This document shows positions 1-13,468 of a stretch of DNA of 25,490 nucleotides, piece by piece. The translations under genes and the position numbers were made by a program. The stretch spans positions 128,163,519 through 128,189,008 of the forward strand of contig JANKJI020000002.1 of the NCBI GenBank assembly GCA_024626585.2, given 5' to 3'. The notes beneath the pieces are model-generated. The model ran no database searches. It saw only the letters and a list, made by a program, of their open reading frames with translations, and had not been told where the DNA came from. The stretch's first letter is position 1, and every line of letters begins with the position of its first letter. The stretch is from Ginkgo biloba. Lineage: Eukaryota; Plantae; Ginkgophyta.

Positions 1-947
1 AAGATATAGAGTAAAGCTACATTTTTCAGCATGGAAAAAACAACAAATCCCCTGGATAACAAGCAATCTTTTCGTACTTAAGATGATGTAGGTGGAATGA
101 AACCAAATTTTATATGGGAATGCATGGGCTTGGGTTACTTAAAAGAATACAAATTCTACAATTGGGCAATATGGAAATGGATTCAAGAAGAGTACTACAA
201 GATTTGGAGTTGATGTTATAGTTTTTAGTTGTTATAATCACACCAAAATTTCAACTCAAAGTATTGATCTTCTTTCATATACCTTCTTAAGGGATGCTCG
301 CCATGAAGATATTATGGTCCCAACAGTGAAATACAAATTGTCTTTTGGTCAACGAAAGAGATTTCTTCTTTCTACTACAAAGGACCAAATAAACCTTAAT
401 AACTATGCACATCATCCTATAGAAGTCCATGCATTTCTCCAGGCCACTCACCAGAGGTTTACTCAGTAAGATCTCTAGGTTTTCTTTGATCCCCGTACTT
501 ACAATCGTTTGGCAAGGATTTTGGAAGGATTTACCCTTGCATTTAGTAATGCAGCCATATGTGAGTCACGAAACACTAAAATGGCAACAGTTATTCCAAA
601 AATAAAAATACAACGAGATTACCATTATTCTCCAGTTTACTATTTCTCAGAATATTTACATCTTGACCCCCCCCATAGTCATGACCGTGCATCACAAACT
701 GGTACTTCATTTTATCCATAGCCACGTCGACCTCATCAAGATATCTTGGACCATTATGCTTGTAATAGCCACACTGTTATCCACAGTTGCATCTTTTCAA
801 TCTTGCAACCTAATATAATAAAAATAAAANNNNNNNNNNNNNNNNNNNNNNNNNNNNNNNNNNNNNNNNNNNNNNNNNNNNNACAAGAATCCAATCTTCG
901 AATGGATTCAACAATTTTTCCAACGCAACTCCAAAATCCTCCAATTC

Positions 948-1105
948 ACCCATCGTCGTGTCTATTCATACTACCCGGTCGCGTCTGTTCAAAAACCAGC
1001 TCAACGGCCGCAAGCGACTGCTTTCGAACAAGACAAGTTGACCCATCGTTGCATCTGTTTATACTACCCAGTCGCGTCTGTTCAAAAACCACCTCAACAG
1101 CGGCA
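948..1105. repeat. CpG-rich direct repeat: two ~65-bp copies, 93-bp period
   Basis: acccatcgtcgtgtctattcatactacccggtcgcgtctgttcaaaaaccagctcaacggccgca at 948 and a diverged copy at 1041. Confidence 0.85.
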
Positions 1106-1403
1106 TAGGGAAATAATGAACCACAAATTATATATCTAAACAAAATTAAAAAAAATACATGGCCCTAAAAATTAAATTAAGAATATTTTCAAGAATATTC
1201 TAATAAAATCAATATTTATAGATCTATTAAATGTGATGTACAACCATTGAGTCATCAAAGCAGAACTCAGAGAAATATGTAAGTGACACTTGTTGAGGAA
1301 AGATGGAAATTATTGTCAAAAACAAAGCCAAAGAGTATAGTTCAAATATACAAAATTGCAGGAACATATTTGTTTCAGTTGTGCTCCAAGGATGAAGCAT
1401 TTC

Positions 1404-1668
1404 AAGAAGGGAGGGCATGTTATGTCCTAATTTATATTAATTATTAATTAATTAGCAACATAATCTTCATTAGCATTAACTATTGATTAAGGGATAATTA
1501 ATAATTAAAGAACAATAAATGAAAGGTCACTTGATGAAAAGGCATGATGAAGAGGACCCTTTTACCTTTTGTAATCTCTATATAGGCTATTTTTAGTGAT
1601 TTGTAAAATCATATCATATCTCATATTGAATATTTCTACTTCTCTCTTTGAGAGGGTATTTTCTACTT
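1404..1668 (+). mobile_element. Polypurine tract plus start of a 3' LTR (gypsy-like)
   Basis: aagaagggagggca immediately followed by TGTTATGTCC at 1418, then AT-rich U3-like sequence with ctatatag; cut off by a gap. Confidence 0.55.
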
Positions 1669-1799
1669 NNNNNNNNNNNNNNNNNNNNNNNNNNNNNNNN
1701 NNNNNNNNNNNNNNNNNNNNNNNNNNNNNNNNNNNNNNNNNNNNNNNNNNNNNNNNNNNNNNNNNNNNCTAATGAGTATGAATCTATTATAAAACTAAA

Positions 1800-2190
1800 C
1801 AAACATGTTATAAATGCTCCTCCTAAGTCTTGATGAAAGTTAAAATATTATCAACATATATAATGATAAAATCATCTAAGAAAGGGTATATGATGTCATT
1901 CATCATACTTATAAATGTGGATATATTATTTTTTAAGACAAATGGCATGACTATCCACTCAAAAATCCCAAATCACATCTTAAACATAGTCTTCCACACA
2001 TCTATGACTTCACTCAAACCTAATTGAAGATCAATATTTATGAAGTAATATGTTCCCTTTAACTAGTTGATAAAATTACCAATCTATGGTAGAGGATTCT
2101 AATTTCTTACCATAATCTTGTTCAATGCATTATAGTCTATGCACAATCTTTAAGATGCATCATTCTTAAGAACTAGAAGAATAAGCAATA
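1800..2190 (-). mobile_element. Degenerate Ty3/gypsy reverse transcriptase fragment (chromovirus-like)
   Basis: Minus strand reads ILLVLKNDAS*RLCIDYNALNKIMVRN*NPLP*I...DVWKTMFK...FEWIVMPF...FIIIYVDNILTFIKT*EEHL*HV, with a decayed YxDD; multiple stops. Confidence 0.85.
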
Positions 2191-2249
2191 CACAAATAGT
2201 CTACAATCCTCAATTCATAATTAATAAAGTTGGTGCACAATCCCAACTT

Positions 2250-2900
2250 CTCTAGGGTCCCTTTCAATTCCTGAAGATGCTCACTCCACATCGTCAATCT
2301 CTCATTTTGCTAGGTTAACTTTTAGTATGTTTCTAATATTACTTGAATCACGCCACTAGATCATCTTTACAATGCTTGATCTACAAGATTAGGTGCTTAG
2401 TCAGGTTAACCCACAATATTATTGAATTTGCTCAAGAAATTGGTTCACTTTTTCTTTCGCTAGATGTCAACTTACACCATCCTACCATTTGGCCTTTGAG
2501 TTTTTCCCACATCTTCCCAAACCTTCAAGTATTTAAGTTGGCTAAAAACATTCGACATGACCACCAAGATTCTTGTGGAATTGCTTAACCTTTTTCAATT
2601 GCTTAAAATGGGAACACATGTTGAAATAGCATCTTTAATCCTATTCTTACACAAATCTGATGTGTACAATTACTTCTAATGTAGTCCCCAACCTTCTTTT
2701 ATAAAGATTGTTGTCACATAGACTTCATCTTTTAACTTCATGATTTGACCCTCAATGCATTACCTAAAATGTGTTACTCCTAGTCGTTGCTTGTAACCCA
2801 CTACATATCCCATATGAGACCTTTGTATGCACCATCTTACCTTTTCTTGTAGCAGCCTTATTATTTATCCCCGACATGTCACCACATGTCAACTTATTAC
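2250..2900 (-). mobile_element. Highly decayed gypsy RT/RNase H remnant
   Basis: Only weak motif traces, such as ERLTMWSEHLQEL (RNase H 'RxxRWxxxLQEF'-like) and an APxL-like segment. Confidence 0.4.
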
Positions 2901-4559
2901 ACCCCAACTTGTTGCAATCTTAGCCATTTTCTTTATGCATTCTATATTGATACAAGATGCATACATTCAAAACAATGATAAAGTTAATGAATCCTAAAGA
3001 TAGAAAACTTGTTAGTTATGGGCCTATTATGTGAGTGACCAAAGGGACTAGTCTTGAAAGAGTGTCTATTAAAAGAATGCTAATTAGGCTAATAATGGTC
3101 TAATTAGTGGTTAAAGTGTTATATTATACAAGGATTATTATAGTTGGTACTTATATTTATTAATAAGCCTAAACAATATGAAGACAACTTTATATCAAAC
3201 CAAAATTATTAGTGTCTCATATATTACCCTAACTATAAGGTGTATTAATCACATACTATGTTTTCTTCTCCTCTTATTGAACATGTTCATTTCCTTATTG
3301 TCTTCTACTACTCAAATGTTTAGATGAGATGTAATGGTAATACTATTGTTAAAGTATGGTAGTTTTAATCTAAGAAGTCAACATTGATGAATTACATTAT
3401 AGTGGTAAACAATAGCCTAATATACTTCTTCTATGGAGATTACTAGAGTTGACAAATAATGAACTTTTGATTAAGTAATTAATGCTTATCCCACACTTTA
3501 TGAGAAGCATTTTAAAATTAATTAACCCTATAATATTTTTTTAGCAATTGCAAATTCTTAACAATCTTAGCTAAAGAGTGTATTTGCAAACCAAGTAGCA
3601 ATTATTGACTTTCTATGTGAATNNNNNNNNNNNNNNNNNNNNNNNNNNNNNNNNNNNNNNNNNNNNNNNNNNNNNNNNNNNNNNNNNNNNNNNNNNNNNN
3701 NNNNNNNNNNNNNNNNNNNNNNATATTACCTATTTTGATGCTTGAATGAATTTAGAAAAGACTAGGCAATTGTAATTGACGAAAAAAGTCTCTGTATTCC
3801 TTCCTCCATAGCATGCCCTGTCGCTACAATTTCTTCCTCACCTTCTAATTGCCTCTGTTTATCTTTCTACATGGCATATGATATTAATGCCCATATGATA
3901 AAAGAATAAATATTTACCTTATTTCTAATAGAATAAAAGGGGTTTGACAACATAAGAAATGGCTAACAGAGGACAATGTATGAAGAAAAGGGATATGTGG
4001 CAAGTGAAAATTGTTGTTTCAAATTTGTTTAAATTATTACTATAATCTACCAACTATAGCCTAAGATGTGTAAAAAGTTGTCGTCTTCTAATATCACCCT
4101 TGTTCTAACCATAGGGAGCCACACATGTACAAGATTTTTTTTTAGAAGTTTATACTATTGATTTCAAAATCCTCCATATTAAATTAGGAATCCATGAGGC
4201 AAGTGCATTCAACTTCTATATAAATAATATGAATTCTTCATTCAAAGACATAAAAATCCACAACTGCATTGCTCAAAATTACAAGAGAACATTGTACATT
4301 TCTTCACTGATTTGCCAAAAAGATTCCAATCACAGTTACATTGAAATTTCACTAGGTGTGCTCGCATAAGACCTGAAGAAAAGCTTTTGCAAATCACACA
4401 ATCTCTCCTATCTTCTTAATCTAATTTCAAAAAATTAAATATATGTACTTACAAAATGGCCATAGGCCCAATTCAATTATATGTCATTGTCTACTTCTTC
4501 TAGAAACCTTTCCAAAACTAACACTTAACTAATGTCACAAAATTGCCACCTAGGCCTAT

Positions 4560-6223
4560 CAAACTATCTTCACAATCATCGCCTCGTTAGTCAACGTTGG
4601 CTCGTAGGAGCCGATCTCTTCCTCTTAGAGGCCACTGAGGTAGGCATAGGAGTTGGAATGGTACACACAAGCAAGGATTCTCCAAGAGAAGAGTTGGACG
4701 TAGGATCATCTAGGCCACTAATAAATAATCCCAAAGGTTGTCGAGAAGACTTAACTAATTCTACCTGAGGCAGGAGGTGTGCAAAGGAGGTGTTGTCGGA
4801 GGCAGAGTTGATGTTGATCCCTAAGATGGGCCAGTATGTGATGAAGGCACGAATAGTGAAACCAGAGGCATTCCCCACATCTAAGTTTGATTTCTCATTG
4901 TAAATAACTGCTTAATCTAAATCTACCTGAGGAACTAGGTTGGTCTGTCAAATCAATGACAAAGGAGTAGGCCTTAAGGCAATGGGACTACCACTAGCAA
5001 GGAGTGAACTAGTGAAGAGGAAACAACCACTAGATGTGAAGTTGATCCCAAAGTTACTCCTATTATGGGTTGTACCATGGACTNNNNNNNNNNGCCCAAA
5101 AGAGAAGCCTGAGTGGGTTGAGCAGTGGCCACCATCAATGACATTAGCCTAATAGGGATTAGAGAAGAAGAAACACCAACTAGCAAAGATAAAGATCAAG
5201 TTGCCGAGGGAGAAGACGGAAGCATTGTAAGAACCAAAGAGGCAATTGGAGATGAGGGTAATGAAGCTGGTAGAGATGCCATGACATAGTGAACTGGCAT
5301 CATCAAAGAAGGGGGAGTTATTGATGACAGCGAAGCAAGTAAGGGCAGAAGCATTACCACCAAGATGGTAGATTGACCCGGCAAAGCCATTATAGATGAA
5401 GAAGGCAAGGCATTGGAAGCATGAACTTCGTTGACTTCTAGAATAACCAACAATAGTGGTGGTAAGGGATCCTTAGAGTCCACACTAAATGCTAAAGCTC
5501 ATTCTGCAATTCTTCCAGCCAAACCATTTGAAGGACTAATTTTGCAACCCCCCATTGAAGTTGATGCAATGTTAATAAAGGATCAATGGCTATCAAATCT
5601 AGCACAGCAGAAGCTTCTTCCAATGATGTTGTCGAATCTAGGGCTTGCTCCACTTCCTTTATTTGGGAATCATCCACAACCACCATCTTTGAAAAATCCA
5701 TCTATTGTTCCCACAGAACTGCCAAGTGTTTAGAGGATAAAGCTTTGAGAGCAAACACTGAGGCAGTATTTTCCAATGCTCCTTATTTATTTGGCCCTTA
5801 GCCACTCCATCTTGAACTAAAGCAACCTTAAACACTTGCAATTCTACTTTTTCCCTTCTTTGGCCAATATCTGAGGCCCTAGAAGTCACAAGCTCAACCA
5901 CCCCATCATTTCATCAGGAACATGTTGCCTATAAAAGCAATCTCAACTTTACTTACCTAGAGGGAGGCACAAGTTGCTACCACTCAATCTCTCAATTCTT
6001 TTGTTACCCTCACTCGGAGAGCTTGCAAGTCGNNNNNNNNNNNNNNNNNNNNNNNNNNNNNNNNNNNNNNNNNNNNNNNNNNNNNNNNNNNNNNNNNNNN
6101 NNNNNNNNNNNNNNNNNNNNNNNNNNNNNNNNTATCTCTATCAATTATTTCAATTTCTTTGAATTTTAATTGTGTGAATTTCTCTAAAAAATTATCCATA
6201 TGCACATGACGTGATTGGGTCAA
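4560..6223 (-). mobile_element. Degraded S/P/L-rich and coiled-coil-like ORF remnant, probably a retrotransposon accessory ORF
   Basis: Chain of broken minus-strand ORFs (4591-4878, 4974-5186, 5196-5483, 5492-5701, 5659-5901, 5984-6223) with higher GC than the flanks; no known domain recognised. Confidence 0.45.
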
Positions 6224-6290
6224 TATTATACCTCCCTTTACTGCTCTAAGTTAACAAACTACTAGATTAGCAATACATGATCCATGATTA

Positions 6291-6321
6291 GAATCAATCA
6301 TTTTGACGCTATTGTTGGGGA
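6291..6321 (+). mobile_element. LTR 3' end plus degenerate tRNA-Asp primer binding site (Athila-type)
   Basis: ...aatcaatCA ttt TGACGCTATTGTTGGGGA differs from TGGCGCCGTTGCCGGGGA only by five C>T/G>A transitions. Confidence 0.65.
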
Positions 6322-7099
6322 GTGGCAAAATATCTATTACTATGACCAAGTTACCTATAAGAAAATATCAATTTATTTTTAGTAGTAATAGTTTTTCTTG
6401 GATGATATTGAGTTTATGATTCAAACATGGATTTTATATCTCCAAGGAAAAGATCATTTTAGAGTGACTATTTGCAAGATTTAGAATCTATTTTTACACC
6501 ATTCGTGCAAAATAATTATAATTTAATATTTTTAGGAAGGAAGTCTGCTTACACAATATGTTCAAGTGATTTTTGAAAGGTTAATATCGGTAATAAACAT
6601 CTATAAATATATATAATTCTAAATTTTACAATAGGTGTAATTAAGATAAAGAATTTTTTGGAGGATGCACTAGAAAAATCAAGTTCAGGTGACCTCAAAG
6701 GCTTGNNNNNNNNNNNNNNNNNNNNNNNNNNNNNNNNNNNNNNNNNNNNNNNNNNNNNNNNNCATATTAAGTGTAGGGGAGGACTTATTTTTCATGCTCG
6801 TGGATATGGAATTAAATGATTAAAACATCAAGGAGACCCAAGGATGTAAGAGCTAGGTTAATTTCTATCAAAGATATTTAGTCAAATCATATAATGGTAG
6901 AAGAATCACTTTGCTTAGTGGAAAACCATGGAGAAGCAGAGATAGAGCACACTAGGCCCTCCACTATTATTTTTCCAATGGGAACTACATAAGATGCTCA
7001 AAATAAGGCTATGAACCATATGACGACAAGGCAATAAATCTTTAGGCCCATCTGATATTGATAGAATCACACCAGGAGGTGGTAACCCATGAATGCCTT

Positions 7100-9510
7100 G
7101 AATACCCTACTTCAACAGATCTAGCCTTTCCTTCAATCTGACCAGTTCCTTTTGTCACAAATTATCTTATACTGCAAGCTCATCTTCTAGCTTTGTAGCC
7201 TTCTGGGTGAGCTCTGTTGCCCTTGGCGTGAGCTATGATGTCAAGCCCACAATAAGCTTACCAGCTACCTTAGTAGCGATAGATCCTTTGGAGATCTCCA
7301 AAGTCGGTTGAAACTAGCCTTTACGTTTCTCTTTAATCTTCTTTAGAGTTATCGATTGCCCAAAGGTTGCCTTGGTTAAGTCCAAGTTGGCATGCACAAC
7401 ACTAACCTCAAAACTTACTATCCATTTGTCCCAAGGGACATGCATGGCCAACAGAGAAGGAGTTACTAGAATAGCCAACCCTAGTTGAAGATGGCAGTGA
7501 AGTGGACGATGGCGGAGGAACCTTAGAAGAGATGCCAACTTGCATCCTTGAGGAAGGATGTCAGGGAAGATGTCCCTACAACTGATGTGGAGGGAGGCAA
7601 GGTACTACCCTGAATTGTGTCGACCGATAAAGCTCCACCAGACGCCACCACCATCAATTTCTTAGGAAGTGGCTTAAATAACTCTATCCGTACTAGAGTC
7701 TTATGTCCCGTCACTAAAGAGGCCATGGATGATGGGTCGAACCTCTTCTTTGCCTTGGGGTCTAGCTCCAACACGAATAATTAAAAGGTAGGAAATTGTA
7801 TTTCCCTTACCATATAATGCAACATAGTTGCACTAGGATCCTTGCTTGTATCAAATGTTTCTCCCAAGACCATTACTGGCTAGAAGAAAAAAATGGCTTG
7901 GTAATCTCCAAATTTTGTAACACGTGCACACTAGCATGTGCCCTTGAGTNNNNNNNNNNNNNNNNNNNNNNNNNNNNNNNNNNNNNNNNNNNNNNNNNNN
8001 NNNNNNNNNNNNNNNNNNNNNNNNNNNTTGGGCGTCGGTCTTCCCTTCGAGATCAAATTGGCACCATAAGTAACATCTTCCCAGTCAGCCTCCAACCATT
8101 GTTCTTTAACATAGTCTAACAAGGAAGTAGCACGATTAACACTTTCATTCAAAGTTTGCAATTGTATAAAACAATATTGTTTGAAATTTGCCATAAATGG
8201 AACTTCATCCTCTAAATGTTGTAGATATCTATCCCGAGCGGCATACGCTCAACATCTCAGTCTCACCACTAGATCCACCTAATTAGTTTGTTCAATTGGC
8301 TCCATAGTAAGTAGGTACATTGTTGTTGGGGCCAAGAAATATCTCCTCATATAGTAAGTTAATGTGTAGAGCTCATTCAAATTGTCGACATACCACTAAG
8401 CCCAATGAAAAACATCACCCTAAACAAGATGGGCCACCACAGTTGCCCACTAAATAATCAAATATAGAGTTATTTATCCACATCAAAACCTTTAATAGAT
8501 AAAATCTGTACAACCCATAGGGTTGCTAAAATACAGATTGTTGATATAGTAAACCAAACGCACCTACTTCTGAGCAACAAGGATACAAGGATTCACAAAT
8601 CTTAGCCTTTGAAGCATTTTTACCTTTGATTTGAAGGTCAACTACTTTACCATAATTCGATAAGCCCAACACCACTAAAATAGTTTTGGCGTCAATAGTT
8701 AGGCGTTTAGCCCCTAATTACAAGTAACCATCCTCATACTAACAGAAGATTTCCACCATAGCCTCATAATCCATGACAATAGGGCATTTCCGCCATGTGG
8801 GTTAGCCCACTAGCATGCAAATTTCTTCCACTCATCTGCCCAAAGTTTGAGATCTTCCTCTACCACCTCATGGGTCCAAAAGGTCACCATTTTTATAGAC
8901 TTCACCAACAAACTCACTTCGCACCTATATAGAATTAGCACAACATGAATCGCTCTTGCCTTTTGGCTCTTCTAGACTCTAATTCACATAAAAATTAACC
9001 AAGGAAGAAAGTTGTGACTTCTTATACTTGGTAATCAACGACTTTTCCCACAATTCCTATTCATATTCTTTCAGGGAAAAAGGTGAGCGCTTGAATGCCA
9101 ATCTCACCTTCCAAATTTTGCACCACTCTACTCTAACACGATCTGCCTCCAAATCAATAAAGCCAACTAACCCCAATGATAAGCCAAATCATCTATGATG
9201 CACCTATCTCTAACTCCAAGATACCTAAATAGTGCCAAGGCATGTCTTTGTGACATCACCTCAACGTACTGCCATCCATGCTCTATTTCACGATCTCTCA
9301 CAACATTGTCATGCTCCACCAAATTACTTTTTACATTCCCAAGAAAGATCAACTAAAATGATTGTCCATTGCTGGGAATATCCCTCATCAGATGCCTCTC
9401 CATCTAGAAGATCATTGCTTCCTCCAAGGGTCGGGCAAGTGGCATATGCTGATTCATTCTTAATCTCTTCTCTTAACGACTTCCCTAGTGCCCTGGTGAG
9501 CATTGAACAC
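7100..9510 (-). mobile_element. Degraded retrotransposon accessory ORF remnant
   Basis: Broken minus-strand ORFs, for example CPIVMDYEAMVEIFC*YEDGYL*LGAKRLTIDAKTILVVLGL and AHLV*GDVFHWA*WYVDNLNEL. These resemble plant transposon accessory proteins (inference) and lie downstream of a gypsy integrase remnant. Confidence 0.45.
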
Positions 9511-10239
9511 ACAACCAAGGAAGGAAGAGCATATTATTTATAGATTCTCTTTTTTTCCAAAAAATATGAAGCACTTAACTAGGGAAGGAAATATAATGTG
9601 ATCTAATTTGTTTATATTATTTTCAAGTATAATCTATATTTAATCACATCTTCAATAATATTTAGGAAGATTTGAACTACCTATCACATTCAACAAAATT
9701 ATTAGAATTAAAAAAATTGAAAAATAAGGGAGAATAAGAAGGTAATATTACCACATAGTATTTCATCTCAAGGAGGTTAGTAGGTAAATTACTATTGAGT
9801 TTAATCTATAAATACTTCCCTATTGATGGTATTTATATATATATTTATATGATACCCAATATACATGGTTCTTAGCTTAAACACTTCATTTGGAAACACA
9901 TCCATCACTTCATATAGACCTAGCAACTAACATTTACATTTTTTGGGCCATTCCCCATATTAAAAATTGAATAGGAATTTCTAATCCCTAGGTTAGAACC
10001 TATTAATTTGAATAAATTTATAATTCCATTTCTTTATTTTATTTTTAATAATATCTAGGGTTTTTACATACTCATTTATTATAGTTTTGAGATTTAAATA
10101 AACCATTTATTTTCATATTTANNNNNNNNNNNNNNNNNNNNNNNNNNNNNNNNNNNNNNNNNNNNNNNNNNNNNNNNNNNNNNNNNNNNNNNNNNNNNNN
10201 NNNNNNNNNNNNNNNNNNNNAGATATATTTTTTTTGATA

Positions 10240-11732
10240 TAGTATTCCCCTATTTTCTTTCCTATATGTTCTTCCAATATTTTCTATAAACTTTGGTAAT
10301 GATGTGTTTGGTTTATCTATTGGTCACTTAGCCATTGGATTGAGTGTAGTAGGAAGTAAATTTCCTATGAATTATGGAATATTATTTTTCAAAACCCTTA
10401 ATTATTTAGTTAATAAAATGGGTTTCTCAATCACTCATCATATCCTTAGGGGTTTCAAACCTAACAACCTTTTGTTCATACAAGAATATGGACACATTTA
10501 AAGAATCAACATGTTTTATGATTTTAAATTATATATGCTTGGTTAGATGGTCTATTTAAATGAATATTAACTTATTCATTTTCTATTATGGTACTTACAT
10601 AATCCTTATAAAGTCTATATACCATTTTTCAAAAGGCTTATAGGCAAGTTTTTGGTGGTAGGAAATTTATAAATACTTATTACTCTCACCATCCATTGAC
10701 ATGTGTCACATATATTAGTAAAACTTCTTAATTATTAAAATAAATTTTGTTATAAATATACTACTATATGATTTTCATTTTTGTTTAGTTNNNNNNNNNN
10801 NNNNNTAAAATATCCTCCATAGGGTTTAGTATGACATGCTTTCAAAATATTACATAATTCAATTTCTCTAGTATATTTTTTAAATGATGTATTAGGGAAT
10901 AATATATATATTTAATTATCAATATATGTATATTCTTGGATATCCTTTACCAAATATTTTAGTTCCATTAGAGAGAAATAATTAAGTATTTTGAGTGTAG
11001 CCAAGAAATTGGTGATGCCCACAAACTAAGGGACAATGTTTTCGACGACAAATAGATATTTATTAGGAAATGTTTCTTCTATTAGATTGTCTTTCCCTAT
11101 ATCTTCTATTAATCAGCATAGATGGTCAACAATTACATTGTGAATGGTTCGATCAAATTCTTGTCACAAAAAATCCATGTGGTCACTCTAGTATTGTTTA
11201 GAGGTTCATTAATCATGTACTTGATGGATGCATGAATATGTACAATACACGAATATCCTAGGATGTTTGACAAAATTTATTTAAAGGGAAGATAATAGTT
11301 GAAAATTCCCTTTTTGTTCCTATGTAATGTCTTTCTGCAAGGGTGAAGGTTTTACTAGCATAGAAGTTTGTGCAATCATTTTTCTAATATTGTTGACATA
11401 ATAACACTCCTAAGGATTTGATAGAGGAGTCTATGTAAACATGGAAGAAACTAGACCAATCAGGCCAACATATGATTGGGGACTCAATTAGCTTGGTTTG
11501 AAATGTCTCAAAGGCTTTCTTATAGGTAGATGTCCAATTGATCTTGTGAGATTTTTGTTAATAAGTCAAAAAGAGGGCTTCCAATCTTACTAAAGTCCTT
11601 TATAAACTTTCAGTAATACCCCACATGTCCTAAGAAACTGCTAACTTCTTTTATCTTGGCTGGAGCAACTAGATCTCAAATCTTTGCTATTTTTAGGGGG
11701 TCAACTTCTATCTCTTTTTTGGATAACAAGTT
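10240..11732 (-). mobile_element. Ty3/gypsy pol remnant B (RT C-terminus, RNase H, integrase), Athila-like
   Basis: KEVSSFLGHVGYY*KFIKDFSKIGSPLFDLLTK; KAFETFQTKLIESPIICWPDWSSFFHVYIDSS; integrase PFEKWYIDFI and TSYYTQSNG (TPYHPQxNG-like). Domain order RT-RH-INT. Confidence 0.85.
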
Positions 11733-11833
11733 NNNNNNNNNNNNNNNNNNNNNNNNNNNNNNNNNNNNNNNNNNNNNNNNNNNNNNNNNNNNNNNNNNNN
11801 NNNNNNNNNNNNNNNNNNNNNNNNNNNNNNNNT

Positions 11834-13209
11834 AGGATGAATGATCAAGAATTCTTGCTTCAAATAATAGATTGTTGTGTTTATAAATCTAGCCCCCAAG
11901 TCACCAACTATTTTGATTAAACACTTAAAATGGGTGATGATTGTTTCATATAAGAATCGTGTCATACTTTATGCATTGGCCCATTTGAGAGGGTATGTTT
12001 CAACCCATTTTGTGACGTAATCTATAGTAACTAGTATATACCAAGCTTGTACTCGTCAAGTTGCAAAACTAATCAGTCCCAAATTAATAAGTCCCCATTT
12101 CTTGAAGTCCATTTGAGCTAGAATCAAGTGTAACAGTTGTTGATGCGGCATGTGGTTTACCCAACCTTTGATAAACATCATAATTTTTTGTCTAACTGTC
12201 TACATCTCTAAACAATGATGGGCAACAAAGTCTTGCTATTAGAATTTTTTATGTTGTTTTATCACTACCCACATGTCTCCCAATCATTCCTTCGTGCGAT
12301 CAACACACAATGGCTAGTACCTCATGTTCAATGGTGCAACATTGTAAGGCGTGGTTTAGTCCTAAGCAATATAATATGCCTTCAATTAACTAGTAGTGTT
12401 ATGCCCGCCATGCTAAAATTTTTCATTCAATGCGATCCAACCTTGGTGGCATAGTCGTGGTGGCTAAATAATGTGCAACATCACTATACCAATCTAGGAC
12501 CATTGTTACTTGAAAGAAGGATGTATGTGGAAAATCAATGAGTACCCCAATGACTACTGCTCCTATGTCTACTCATGCTAGTTGGATGGATACATTATGT
12601 CAAGCTCTGGTCGTAAAGTTGAATTCTTGAAAAATAATAGCAATCAACTAATGCAACCCTATTGTATGGGCTTGCTAACTAAATAAAGTAAGGCTTGATG
12701 ATCCACATAGAAATTGAAATGGTTGGCCACAATTTTTTGTATTAAGTATACTATTCCCAACCCTTTTCGTTTTGTCACTATATAGTTCAATTTAGCTTAT
12801 AAGAACTTCCAGTTCACAAAGTAGATGGGATGATCTATCTTTGCCTCCCTAGGTTGAGCCAACACGCTTTCAATAGCATTTACCAATGCATCTACATGGA
12901 TATTGAATTCTTTGATCTGTTCAGAATATTATAGGATATTAGCATTTACGACTTTAGTTTTAAACATGTCAAACGCCAACTGATGTTCTTATATCGAGTT
13001 AAATGAAGTCCCTTTCTTTAACAATCGTTCTAATGTGGAAGAGAATTGTGCATAATTGCAAATGAAATGCCTATAATAATTGGTAGCATTTACGAGTTTA
13101 ATTTTAAATGTGCCAAATGCCTGTTGATGTTTTAATATCGAGTTAAATGAAGTGCCTTTCTTTAACAATCGTTCTAATGTGGAAGAGAATTGTGCATAAT
13201 TGCAAATGA
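11834..13209 (-). mobile_element. Ty3/gypsy pol remnant A (RT connection, RNase H, integrase core), Athila-like
   Basis: YYRHFICNYAQFSSTLERLLKK; EFNIHVDALVNAIESVLAQPREAKIDHPIYF; YVDHQALLYLV; integrase WYILVTIDYVTKWVET...RFLYETIITHFKCLIKIVGDLGARFIN. Confidence 0.9.
12941..13209. repeat. 144-bp in-frame tandem duplication inside pol remnant A
   Basis: agcatttacg at 12941 and 13085; atatcgagttaaatgaag at 12991 and 13135. Confidence 0.9.
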
Positions 13210-13468
13210 NNNNNNNNNNNNNNNNNNNNNNNNNNNNNNNNNNNNNNNNNNNNNNNNNNNNNNNNNNNNNNNNNNNNNNNNNNNNNNNNNNNNNNNNNNN
13301 NNNNNNNNNGTAAAAAGACATATTTTGAGTGGAATTTTGGTGGAGATGTGCATCTTCATACCATCTTACTACAATTAAAAGTTTAGCTCAATCTAACACT
13401 AGACGAAAAAGTTATAGCCTTTTCAATTTTTTTCAGAATTCCCATTTTCTAGCTCCTCGGGTCGCCTT

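Noticed and set aside
3838-3895. Minus-strand 'gcattaatatcatatgccatgtagaaagataaacagagg...gaag|gtgag', faintly like the missing YYAHGE..QR exon
   Set aside because: It needs frameshifts, contains a stop and lacks the Cys and YW residues; probably coincidental.
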